Shown in pieces: positions 37,698-45,470 of a DNA stretch of 52,149 bases. The notes under the pieces are model-generated. The model searched no databases, was not told the origin of the DNA, and saw only the letters and a list, made by a program, of their open reading frames with translations. A program made the translations under genes and the position numbers. Within the stretch, counting starts at the first letter, position 1. Each line of letters starts with the position of its first letter. The stretch is from a virus (taxonomy: Duplodnaviria; Caudoviricetes), in the IMG/VR virus record IMGVR_UViG_3300013101_000013, positions 1 to 52,149 of that record. The stretch is one strand, 5' to 3'.

Positions 37698-37885
37698 GCC
37701 GAAGCAGAGGGTACCTTCTTCGTAGACCGCTTGAAACGAGTAGAGCAGCGGAAGTCCACAGCCTTAACACCCTTGCCATGAGCTGTACAGAGACCAGCGC
37801 TACCCCGGACCTCGACGAAGTGGAGGCAGGCCTTGCAGGTCTCGAGGGCGCAAAGCTCTGCGCTGGAGATGTGCTTGGTGACCAT
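37694..37885 (-). CDS. Small Cys-rich protein
   Basis: CKACLHF...GLC.AH...C pattern. First ORF of the leftward operon. Confidence 0.55.
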   Translation of the reverse strand: MVTKHISSAELCALETCKACLHFVEVRGSAGLCTAHGKGVKAVDFRCSTRFKRSTKKVPSASA

Positions 37886-37962
37886 AATGAGGACCTTCTC
37901 TATATCTATTAACCCCTGTGGACAGAAAAAGTCCGGAATTATTTACAGGAAACTTTCTCAAA

Positions 37963-38184
37963 ATGATTAAAAGCGCAGCCAACGTCCTTGTCGGAGGCAA
38001 CGGAACCAAGGGTCTACTCCAACGTTCGGGCATCGTTACCGCGGTTATGACCACGCTCTTCGTGATCATCAAAGGCCTCTCGACCGACGACGTACTGGGC
38101 CATGTCGCATCCCAGTCCGAGGCCTTGCTCCCCATGTGGATTGCGGCCATCACGGTTCTGATCGGTAACCCTTCGAAGCGATGA
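37963..38184 (+). CDS. Small two-TM membrane protein (holin-like)
   Basis: Hydrophobic GIVTAVMTTLFVII and LLPMWIAAITVLIG. ATG at 37963. Confidence 0.5.
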   Translation: MIKSAANVLVGGNGTKGLLQRSGIVTAVMTTLFVIIKGLSTDDVLGHVASQSEALLPMWIAAITVLIGNPSKR

Positions 38185-38381
38185 GCTACGGTGAAGCTTC
38201 GAAGGACTGCTGCCGGTGTGGTCTTGATAAGCCACTAAGCGACTACAGAGAGAAGCACAACAGCGGCAAGTACTACCGCTCGAGCTGGTGTCGGAAGTGT
38301 GACGTCGAGTACACCCGTGCGTGGCGTAAGCGCAATCCTGACTACCATGCCAAGAAGTCGAAGTACTACCGCAGCCTATAA
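38181..38381 (+). pseudogene. Stand-alone zinc finger resembling the N-terminus of HNH/EndoVII homing endonucleases (probable remnant)
   Basis: KDCCRCGLDKPLSDY...SWCRKC resembles KTCPDCDAEKSVDDFY...SYCKPC of 32070..32588, but no nuclease domain follows. Confidence 0.5.
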
Positions 38382-38499
38382 AGAAACCCCTCCTCAGCGA
38401 ACCAAGGAGAGGCCTCACCCTTCTAGCAGAGTGTGGAGCGAGAAGGGACCCTCTTGTAGGAGGGAAAGAACGACCATACCGGCAACACGCCGGCTGGGC

Positions 38500-38688
38500 T
38501 TAGTCGAGTTGAGGGGGCGCTTCAGGCGGTTTCGGAGCCAGAGAATCCCAGCGGGATACCGCGGCCTTCCGCTCGGCACCGAGGGTGTCGAGGGCATCGT
38601 TCACCTTCGCTGCGTCCTCTTCGTTGAGCTGGCTGGCGGCGATCAGCTGGCGAACCAGACCGATACCACCGAGAATGAGTTCGACCAT
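38500..38688 (-). CDS. Small hypothetical protein
   Basis: 62 aa, GAAGGAG RBS, follows the lipoprotein gene. Confidence 0.6.
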   Translation of the reverse strand: MVELILGGIGLVRQLIAASQLNEEDAAKVNDALDTLGAERKAAVSRWDSLAPKPPEAPPQLD

Positions 38689-38690
38689 CG

Positions 38691-39023
38691 CTACTCCTTC
38701 GACCTGTAGTACGCCAAGGCGAGCTGCTCAGTGAGAGCGAGAAGCCGATTGAGGTACTCGATTTTGATCTTCGCTTTCGGATCGACCCGGAGCTGATTCT
38801 CGATCAGCTCGAGGATGTTGTTGGCCTCCTGCACGATCGGATTCAGAAGCGCGTACGCCTCATTGTCGATCTTGCCGGCCTGGCGGGCATCGGACAGGCG
38901 GTTGAGAGCAAAGGTGTACGAGGCCTCCGCCTCCATGAACTTCCCGAGGGAGCTTCCCCCGCCAAACGTAGCGCACGAGATCGCCATGATCATGAGTGCA
39001 GCCACTGAGGTCTGTCGTCGCAT
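38691..39023 (-). CDS. Putative lipoprotein
   Basis: MRRQTSVAALMIMAIS-C signal/lipobox, GGAGG RBS. Confidence 0.65.
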   Translation of the reverse strand: MRRQTSVAALMIMAISCATFGGGSSLGKFMEAEASYTFALNRLSDARQAGKIDNEAYALLNPIVQEANNILELIENQLRVDPKAKIKIEYLNRLLALTEQLALAYYRSKE

Positions 39024-39100
39024 AGTTCCTCCGTTATTTACGCCGACTGGCGTGTCTCAGAGCCTATCACTTCTCTTCGTTCAGATCGAGACGAGTAGGA

Positions 39101-39433
39101 CTACGAAGGCTGCTCCGACATACGCTCTACCTTCCGATAGATGGTCGCTCGGCCGATGCCAAGGCGCCGGGCGGCCTTGGCCATACTCTTCTCCTCCAGC
39201 TTCAGCGCCGCTCGGATGATCAGAGTCTCGATCTCCTGGAGGGTTCCTGCTCCCAAGAGCACCGCGGCGACGTGCTGGTAATCGATCTCGGACTCAGCAG
39301 CACCCTCAGGTCCCTTCAGTCCACGGAGCTTCTCATAGCAGGATGTGCACCACAGACCCTCCTTGGTCTTGATCCACTTTGAGTCTCCGTACAAGGACTT
39401 CCCGCAACTTTTACAACTTCCGAATCCAGTCAC
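39101..39433 (-). CDS. Zinc-ribbon plus Fis-type HTH protein
   Basis: CKSC...CTSC, then TLQEIETLIIRAAL...AKAARRLGIGRATIYRKV. Confidence 0.8.
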   Translation of the reverse strand: MTGFGSCKSCGKSLYGDSKWIKTKEGLWCTSCYEKLRGLKGPEGAAESEIDYQHVAAVLLGAGTLQEIETLIIRAALKLEEKSMAKAARRLGIGRATIYRKVERMSEQPS

Positions 39434-39477
39434 AATGAGTCTCCTCGCTCAAGATTTTCCAAAAGTCTATCCCTCAG

Positions 39478-40449
39478 TTGGATCAAAAGTTACATGAGAA
39501 CCCGTATAGTGAGCGGAACTTGCAGAACCAGATCTTTCGGGATTACATCGATCAGATCTCACAGGTTCCCCTCCTGAAGCCGGCCGAAGAGAAGGATCTC
39601 TCGGCTAAGGCGAAGGAGGGTGACAAAGAGGCCTTCGACCACATGGTCGAGGCCAACCTCCGTCTAGTGGTGAATATCTCTAAGAGGTACACCGGTAGAG
39701 GGATACCCCTGATGGACCTTATTCAGGAGGGAACGATCGGTCTAATGAGAGCTGTCGAGAAGTTCGAAGGCGAAAGAGGCTTTCGGTTCTCGACCTATGC
39801 GACCTGGTGGATCAAGCAGTCGGTACGTCGGGCGATCGTGAACAAGTCTCAGACCATCCGGATCCCCTCGTACCTGGTCGAGGTCATTAACCATGTCCGG
39901 GGTGCTCGTAATCAGTTGGGAATCGAGCTCAACCGAGTTCCCACTGTGGAAGAAATCCAAACTCGTCTCATGATGAGAACACCTACACAAGAGAAGGTGT
40001 TTAGAAGAGCTGTGGAAGCTGAACGGGCCCTTGGCCAGGGCCCTGGACTATTGAATGAATCTCTGGAAGACAGCAGGACAGGACAAGGGGGAAGGGGAGT
40101 AGTAGGCACCATCGTGCACCAGAGCGAGCTTGGGAGGATGATAAAAGCGGTGAAGAAGCTAAGCGGGCGGGAGCAGACGGTACTGGTACACAGGTTCGGG
40201 CTAGAGGGACAAGAGACGAAGACTCTAAAGGAAATAGGGGAGATGCTGGGGCTCACGAGGGAAAGAGTCCGGCAGATCCAGGTCGAGAGTCTGGCTAAGC
40301 TGTACAGGCGCCTCGAGAGACCTGACGGTCTCCCGGCGCAGAGCATCATGAGCGTACGCGTGCACCTCACGGGAGAAGAACTGGAGCTTGGACTACCAGG
40401 ATGGGCTGTGAGGCCTAAAGACCCGGAGAGAGGCTCTCAGGAGGCCTGA
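39478..40449 (+). CDS. RNA polymerase sigma70-family factor (RpoD/RpoS-like, no region 1.1)
   Basis: Region 2 [13 protein letters not shown]...[16 protein letters not shown]...[11 protein letters not shown] and region 4 [17 protein letters not shown]. The start may be TTG 39520. Confidence 0.93.
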   Translation: MDQKLHENPYSERNLQNQIFRDYIDQISQVPLLKPAEEKDLSAKAKEGDKEAFDHMVEANLRLVVNISKRYTGRGIPLMDLIQEGTIGLMRAVEKFEGERGFRFSTYATWWIKQSVRRAIVNKSQTIRIPSYLVEVINHVRGARNQLGIELNRVPTVEEIQTRLMMRTPTQEKVFRRAVEAERALGQGPGLLNESLEDSRTGQGGRGVVGTIVHQSELGRMIKAVKKLSGREQTVLVHRFGLEGQETKTLKEIGEMLGLTRERVRQIQVESLAKLYRRLERPDGLPAQSIMSVRVHLTGEELELGLPGWAVRPKDPERGSQEA

Positions 40450-40460
40450 GGAGAGAGAGC

Positions 40461-40655
40461 ATGTACAAGATGGTGAATGGAGTCCTTCACGACCACCGCG
40501 GACCCTACAGACTGGAGTCACAGTTGGAGATCGACTGGTGGGAGGACTTCATACTCGATCGGGTCTACGGAATGTGCCCTGGACCGGAGCAACTGAAAGA
40601 GAAGCCGGATATCTGGAAGTATCAGAGGAACGACCTGTACCCAGAGCTCGATTAG
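40461..40655 (+). CDS. Hypothetical protein
   Basis: 64 aa, GAGGAG RBS. Confidence 0.55.
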   Translation: MYKMVNGVLHDHRGPYRLESQLEIDWWEDFILDRVYGMCPGPEQLKEKPDIWKYQRNDLYPELD

Positions 40656-40665
40656 CCGGGCTTGA

Positions 40666-40974
40666 TTAGAAGATATGAGCTCGGAAGACGCCGGTCTCTC
40701 TGGCACGATCGAAGTAGTACGAAGGGACGGGAGCCTCGAACCCGTGCTGCGAAGACTCCCACTTGTTCTGCTCGTTGGCGTTCGCGGTGTCGCACCACAC
40801 ATCACAGTCCGTCTTAGAGCGGAAGTAGAGAGTGTCGTTGATCACGAAGGTAACGGCGCCACCCAGGGCAGACGCAGGGTACGTGTGCGGGAACCCCACC
40901 ATCTCCGGGATCCAGTAGTAGGCACACATGGACGAGACCCTGTACCGGACAGGGACACGGCCGGCTACATCCAC
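40666..40974 (-). CDS. Array ORF10, hypothetical (F..K..C..W family)
   Basis: VPVRYRV near the N-terminus. TLYFRSKTDCDVWC. Confidence 0.6.
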   Translation of the reverse strand: MDVAGRVPVRYRVSSMCAYYWIPEMVGFPHTYPASALGGAVTFVINDTLYFRSKTDCDVWCDTANANEQNKWESSQHGFEAPVPSYYFDRARETGVFRAHIF

Positions 40975-41216
40975 GGGACGTCTGTCTGTGTCCCGATCGG
41001 GAGAAGGACGGGATCAGGCAACACGTTCAGGATCCCTTCTGTACGTTTATCCATGCACCAGTCCAGACAGTCCTGGTGACCCCAGAAGAGCTTAGCGTCC
41101 GAGACATCAGCAGTGAGCCCTCCATGTCGACTGGCGTAGCGCCAGTGGCCCAGCATGAGAGGTCGAGCGACCCAGAACTCCGTAAGAGACCCAGCGGTGT
41201 AGATGACGGGCTTCAC
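40965..41216 (-). CDS. Array ORF9, hypothetical (F....C..W family)
   Basis: MKPVIYTAG, AKLFWGHQDCLDWC, GTGA overlap. Confidence 0.6.
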   Translation of the reverse strand: MKPVIYTAGSLTEFWVARPLMLGHWRYASRHGGLTADVSDAKLFWGHQDCLDWCMDKRTEGILNVLPDPVLLPIGTQTDVPWM

Positions 41217-41506
41217 GGGGTCCTCTGGTCGACGGACATCGTGCAGTGGACAGAGGTACTGACATCTAGCCAGATGTCATCCAGGTTCACAGAACCGGTC
41301 CACCTCACGATCGGGTACTTACGAAGGTTCACACAGGTCCAACGACTACTGGCCGCAGACACGTAGTGCTTGAAGACCATGGGCCTGTCGTCAACCTGGA
41401 CGTACTCCTGGATACGTCTCTTACTACCGATGCCGTACCAATGAGGCTCCGGAAGCTTGATGGCCCAGTAGTGGACCGGCTTAGCAACGTAGGTAGTCGG
41501 AGTCAC
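41213..41506 (-). CDS. Array ORF8, hypothetical
   Basis: Start reassigned to GTG 41506 (GTGA overlap): MTPTTYVAKPVHYWAIKLP. Confidence 0.6.
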   Translation of the reverse strand: MTPTTYVAKPVHYWAIKLPEPHWYGIGSKRRIQEYVQVDDRPMVFKHYVSAASSRWTCVNLRKYPIVRWTGSVNLDDIWLDVSTSVHCTMSVDQRTP

Positions 41507-42057
41507 AGAAACTTCTTCTGGGGATAAGCGTACTGAGTGGTACCGCCCCATATGACGTTATTCTTGATGAGAGCGGGAGGGAGCTCCTCCTGTCCGTTGT
41601 GGCCACCCATGGTGTACAGAGGCGCCATACGACGCGTCGGATAGACGCCTACGTTGATTAGGGTGCATCCCTCGAGTGTTGCGCCCTCCGGAACGATGAT
41701 CGTCGCAGGGGTGCTCTTAGAGGCGTCGTAGAGCTTCCTCAGGACGAAGGAGTAGAGCACATGGTGCGCATGCTCAAGCATGGACCCGAACTCCTTCTTC
41801 GACAGCTTAGGGCCCCACTTCACGGCGATACCACTCATGGTGGTCCCGACCTTGTGAATAGTCCTCGGAGTTTCCGGGTAAGCACCCAACTCAACGATCC
41901 GACCATTCCAGTTGGTCGTAAGCCGATAGCCGATCTCCTTGAACTCTTCTTCATGAGGGGCGCTCATGAGTGTGGTGGGCTGCTTGCTGTTCGGCTTGAA
42001 GGCCGACAGCAAAGGCAGACCTAGGAGAGCACTGAGGATCTTACGGCGTGTGATCAT
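41503..42057 (-). CDS. Array ORF7, protein with twin-arginine-like signal
   Basis: MITRRKILSALLGLPLLSA, ATGA overlap. Confidence 0.6.
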   Translation of the reverse strand: MITRRKILSALLGLPLLSAFKPNSKQPTTLMSAPHEEEFKEIGYRLTTNWNGRIVELGAYPETPRTIHKVGTTMSGIAVKWGPKLSKKEFGSMLEHAHHVLYSFVLRKLYDASKSTPATIIVPEGATLEGCTLINVGVYPTRRMAPLYTMGGHNGQEELPPALIKNNVIWGGTTQYAYPQKKFL

Positions 42058-42260
42058 TCCTTCATTCCCTTCAGGATCATCGCGTCCATCTTCTTCATCA
42101 TAGTCTTAGCCATGGACTTCATGACGGTCTCCTCGTGATATCGATCGAAGCTGTACTTGTTGAACAGGGGCTTAGCCGCGGCCATCCTGATGCGCCGGAG
42201 TTCGACCTCGGTCAGACCTATGAACCGAGTCGGCTTAATGCAGTAGATGTCGGGAGTCAT
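42054..42260 (-). CDS. Array ORF6, hypothetical
   Basis: MTPDIYCIKP, ATGA overlap. Confidence 0.6.
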   Translation of the reverse strand: MTPDIYCIKPTRFIGLTEVELRRIRMAAAKPLFNKYSFDRYHEETVMKSMAKTMMKKMDAMILKGMKE

Positions 42261-42559
42261 GAGGGCTCCGGAAGACCCAGGCCAGGGACTGTCTGCTGCA
42301 TACCGTAGCGGGGCTTGTGAGGCTTCCTTCTCTTGGAGAGGATCAACCGCGGCTCCCAGGTGTCGTTAACAGGCGTCCTAAGAAGCTGGTCATTTTCCCA
42401 GATCCAATCTTCGCATGCTGCCTTGGTCTTGAACTGATGAGCACGACTGTGGTCGGTCGTAAGAACAACACCCGTGTCCTCCTGGCCGGCGAAGCCGCCC
42501 CTGAAGGCCTTGTGCTCGGCGACCCAGATGGGATAGGTGATGTAGGTAGTGCTGCTCAT
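42257..42559 (-). CDS. Array ORF5, hypothetical (F..K..C..W family)
   Basis: MSSTTYITYP, AHQFKTKAACEDWI, ATGA overlap. Confidence 0.6.
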   Translation of the reverse strand: MSSTTYITYPIWVAEHKAFRGGFAGQEDTGVVLTTDHSRAHQFKTKAACEDWIWENDQLLRTPVNDTWEPRLILSKRRKPHKPRYGMQQTVPGLGLPEPS

Positions 42560-42723
42560 GCGTACTTCCTGTTCCGGAAGGGTTCTCTCTTGAGCACTTC
42601 CTTGATGACCTTGTTGAGGTTATCGATCTTCAAGTCTCTCTCCATGATGATGTCGAACGCGATGTCGAAGACTCCTTTGGGAGTCCTCGAGGTTGCGTAG
42701 ATGCAGTACTTGATGGGCGTCAT
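42556..42723 (-). CDS. Array ORF4, 55-aa hypothetical
   Basis: Not in the track. MTPIKYCIYATSRTPKGVFDIAFDIIMERDLKIDNLNKVIKEVLKREPFRNRKYA. TGATG and ATGA overlaps. Confidence 0.6.
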   Translation of the reverse strand: MTPIKYCIYATSRTPKGVFDIAFDIIMERDLKIDNLNKVIKEVLKREPFRNRKYA

Positions 42724-42869
42724 CAGTCGATGTCGCTGTAGGAGTTCACTTCCCAGGTGGCTTCCCAGTCGGAGTAGGTAGAGAACGACTGGATAGTGTC
42801 TTCGAAGTCGGAGGGGTCAACCCAGACGTAGTCGACAGCGGGCTTGATGATGTACTTAGTCGGCTTCAT
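42723..42869 (-). CDS. Array ORF3, 48-aa acidic hypothetical
   Basis: MKPTKYIIKPAVDYVWVDPSDFEDTIQSFSTYSDWEATWEVNSYSDID (start reassigned to 42869). Confidence 0.6.
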   Translation of the reverse strand: MKPTKYIIKPAVDYVWVDPSDFEDTIQSFSTYSDWEATWEVNSYSDID

Positions 42870-43017
42870 AGTTAACGCTCTCCCAGTAGCGCTCGGCCAT
42901 CCGTTCGTCTTCCTCATAGAGTAGCGCGTCACGACGTGCGACCTCCGTGAAGAAGTCGAGCATGCTGATCGTCTTGTAGTGGTCAGGTTCGATGATGTAG
43001 TGCACGGGCTCTCTCAT
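42856..43017 (-). CDS. Array ORF2, 53-aa hypothetical
   Basis: Not in the track. MREPVHYIIEPDHYKTISMLDFFTEVARRDALLYEEDERMAERYWESVNYEAD. ATGA overlap. Confidence 0.6.
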   Translation of the reverse strand: MREPVHYIIEPDHYKTISMLDFFTEVARRDALLYEEDERMAERYWESVNYEAD

Positions 43018-43160
43018 CGTCGGTTCTTAAGGTTGTAAGGGTGACTCCTGTCGATGATCTTATCCGGACGCTGATCACGGTAGTAGACGTACGTACCGGC
43101 GATCGTGTAGTAGCCCTTCGAGAAGAACGCAGGGACGAGGTACTTCACGAGCTCTCTCAT
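43014..43160 (-). CDS. Array ORF1, 48-aa hypothetical
   Basis: Not in the track. MRELVKYLVPAFFSKGYYTIAGTYVYYRDQRPDKIIDRSHPYNLKNRR. GGAAAGGAAG RBS. Confidence 0.6.
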   Translation of the reverse strand: MRELVKYLVPAFFSKGYYTIAGTYVYYRDQRPDKIIDRSHPYNLKNRR

Positions 43161-43768
43161 AACTTCCTTTCCACAGGCCTGTCGATCCGTCGTTCCGACT
43201 TCTCAACAGTTGTGCCGGCATCGTGGATGACGGCACGGAGATCATCCTACTCAAAAATATGGATGAAAAAAATGAAGTGGATGCATGTGTTCCATGAACA
43301 CGAGCGCCGCTTTGCGAAGTTCGAAGAACGAAGCAAAGTGGAGACCGTCCTACTAACCGTGTGAGTAGGACAACTCCTTAACTCACGGAGTAAAGGAGAC
43401 CCGGAGGACATGACCGAAAGTGGAAAAGAAACTGCGTACCGTTTACACGGTACTTGTCCCAACCTCATAGAGGTTGAGACTGCAGGAAGCGTGAAGAGGA
43501 ACTTCGAATGGCCAAGGGCGGAACGAGGAACGCCTATATCAACTCCGGGTCTCCAATGGGGAGGTTAGCGCATAGAGGGAGATCTGCGGAGAAAGAAAAG
43601 AACGGGTGGGTGGGACACCAGACAGGTACGAAACCCGTGTACTGCAGTGCACTCTTCTTATAGGAAAAATAAATGGGAAATATTTAGGCGGAGTCACAGT
43701 TGTCTATATGTGTTCTTGAAACACTTTCTTGTTTCGAGCCCCCGGGTTCATTCTCTAAAGGAGAAGCT
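43161..43768. promoter_or_regulatory. Divergent, probably non-coding control region
   Basis: About 600 bp between leftward and rightward gene blocks, with A-tracts near 43250-43275 and 43655-43690. No convincing ORF. Confidence 0.45.
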
Positions 43769-44092
43769 ATGTTCGATCTCATCATCCGTCTGTTCTCTTA
43801 CTTCATGCGTGTGGATGCTGTGCATGGTGCGTCCATTGCTCGTACATGGAAGTGCCCTGTGCTGTTGGCCCTGGACAGTGAGGGTACTGCTCTGTATCAG
43901 GAGCTTGATGCCATGACATGGTGTGAGGGTAGGACTGCCAAGCGTAGCTGGATGTGCACCGTGCTGTACTACCGGCTAGAGCTACGTAGGGACATGGTGC
44001 ATGAGCACATGTTCGGTGACAGGCCTGCTCAGAACGAGCGTAACGCTGCTTACTATGCCATGTACTTCGGTGCTGAGGTGATAGGCGAGTAG
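43769..44092 (+). CDS. Hypothetical early protein
   Basis: AAGGAG RBS, ATG 43769 (MFDLIIRLF...). Confidence 0.65.
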   Translation: MFDLIIRLFSYFMRVDAVHGASIARTWKCPVLLALDSEGTALYQELDAMTWCEGRTAKRSWMCTVLYYRLELRRDMVHEHMFGDRPAQNERNAAYYAMYFGAEVIGE

Positions 44093-44162
44093 CACACATA
44101 GGTACGGGTGCACCTACCCCTAAGCACCCCTCTTGTGACCCCTACCAAGGAAGGAGTACGTC

Positions 44163-44300
44163 ATGTACACCAAGGTCACTACCCCCAGGCCCAAGGCTCC
44201 TATGCCTAAGGCCCCCATCACTACCCCCATTGGGTACGTGGTGAAGAAGCGCACCCCTAGGCCCATGCCCCTGCATAGGCTCATGGAGAGGTGGGCTTAG
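44163..44300 (+). CDS. 45-aa Pro/Lys-rich mini-protein
   Basis: AAGGAG RBS. MYTKVTTPRPKAPMPKAPITTPIGYVVKKRTPRPMPLHRLMERWA. Confidence 0.55.
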   Translation: MYTKVTTPRPKAPMPKAPITTPIGYVVKKRTPRPMPLHRLMERWA

Positions 44301-44377
44301 CTACATCGAAACCCTGCCCTTAGGAGGCGGGGTCTACGTGCATTGGTAGCACGTACTGATGAGTCACCAGTAGCTGA
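44297..44377 (+). ncRNA. Type II hammerhead ribozyme
   Basis: C-GAAA (44308-11), stem III ACCCTGCC/GGCGGGGT, GUC cleavage triplet (C44334), stem I TACGTGC/GCACGTA, CTGATGA-G (44356-63), stem II closed by AGCTAC/GTAGCT. Confidence 0.92.
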
Positions 44378-44394
44378 CTACTAAGGAGGCCGTA

Positions 44395-44718
44395 ATGGCC
44401 ATACTCGCTGTCCTCATGTCCGTGGTCCTGTACCCGATCTGGGTGCGGAACGCTTTGTCCTCCAGGCTGTACCTGCGCCGACCGACGCTGTGCAGGTGGG
44501 TGGATAGCACCATTGGGGTGCTCTCCATCGCTCTCTACCTGTGGGTCAACCCCCTGCCCTTCTTGTTGGCCTTGCTCACCGTCCCCCACTACGTGGTGGC
44601 CGTGTGCTTGCTCTGCAAGATGCTCTTCGGAGTGACCTACCAGCGCTTCTATTGGGAGTGCGCCCTAACCACCATGTTCATGTCGAGCGTGGTCTTCATC
44701 ATCGTCCTCGTTTACTAG
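44395..44718 (+). CDS. Multi-pass membrane protein
   Basis: AAGGAGG RBS, 3-4 hydrophobic segments. Confidence 0.7.
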   Translation: MAILAVLMSVVLYPIWVRNALSSRLYLRRPTLCRWVDSTIGVLSIALYLWVNPLPFLLALLTVPHYVVAVCLLCKMLFGVTYQRFYWECALTTMFMSSVVFIIVLVY

Positions 44719-44729
44719 AAAGGAACGTC

Positions 44730-44855
44730 GTGGACAACCCCAACATCGTCAGTGAGCAGGAGCTCGAGACCGAGGTCACCAAGGCCGGTGATCTGTTCGA
44801 ACAGTGGGCCAACGACAACGCTGTCACGCCCATCAGCCACAAGAACGAGGACTAG
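44730..44855 (+). CDS. 41-aa acidic mini-protein
   Basis: GAAAGGAA RBS and GTG start: MDNPNIVSEQELETEVTKAGDLFEQWANDNAVTPISHKNED. Confidence 0.5.
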   Translation: MDNPNIVSEQELETEVTKAGDLFEQWANDNAVTPISHKNED

Positions 44856-44877
44856 GTCCTCACACAGGAGTAGTTAG

Positions 44878-45381
44878 ATGATCAATGCAATCTTCTCGAT
44901 GCTGATCAACAGCATCACCATCTACGTGTACCCCATGGCGCGTTGCTCCATGCGGTCCACCCTCCACAAGAAGCAGGGCAAGCCGTCCACCTTCTATGTG
45001 GAGCCCGTCAACCCGGCCGTCAGGGACTGGATGTTGCTCAACGCCCCCATGGAGGGCACGTCTATCGTCATCCCCATCAAGATGGAAGAGAGCGGCAAAC
45101 CCCTCTATGAGCTCAAGGGCTACAACGCCATCATCTTCAAGGCCAATGGTGAGTGGGGATTTGACCCTGATACGAACAAGGCCTGGATGGAGGACCTGGT
45201 GCAGCGTGTGACCAGCAAGGAAGACAGGCAGGTCCTCACTCCCCAGATCGTCTTGGATGAGCTCATCAAGCACGTCAACAAGTACTCCGAGGACAAGAAG
45301 GAGTTGCTCAGCGTGCACCACGTGGTGGAGAAGACCAAGAAGGAGCAGTCCACCGAGAAGCAGGGTGAGTTCGACATCTAG
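44878..45381 (+). CDS. Hypothetical protein
   Basis: 167 aa, AGGAG RBS, followed by a terminator. Confidence 0.7.
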   Translation: MINAIFSMLINSITIYVYPMARCSMRSTLHKKQGKPSTFYVEPVNPAVRDWMLLNAPMEGTSIVIPIKMEESGKPLYELKGYNAIIFKANGEWGFDPDTNKAWMEDLVQRVTSKEDRQVLTPQIVLDELIKHVNKYSEDKKELLSVHHVVEKTKKEQSTEKQGEFDI

Positions 45382-45404
45382 TCCTTCTCATCAACCGTGT
45401 CATT

Positions 45405-45442
45405 GGGAGGTGTGCCAACAGGAGGCACATCTCCCTTTTTTC
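45405..45442 (+). terminator. Intrinsic terminator
   Basis: GGGAGGTGTGCC-AACAGGA-GGCACATCTCCC-TTTTTT. Confidence 0.85.
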
Positions 45443-45470
45443 GTGTCCTTAGTCGAAAGGAGACTAAGTC

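Noticed and set aside
42434-42470. CTGATGAG on the + strand as a hammerhead core
   Set aside because: It is antisense to ORF5, with no matching GAAA or stems.
43041-43468. Track ORFs 43041..43364 (+) and 43247..43468 (-)
   Set aside because: No clear RBS and atypical composition. The first overlaps the better-supported leftward ORF1.
43601-43640. Possible second hammerhead (ACGGGT...GGTGGGACACC...CGAAACCCGT)
   Set aside because: It has GAAAC and pairing arms, but no CUGANGA core and no valid NUH cleavage triplet.
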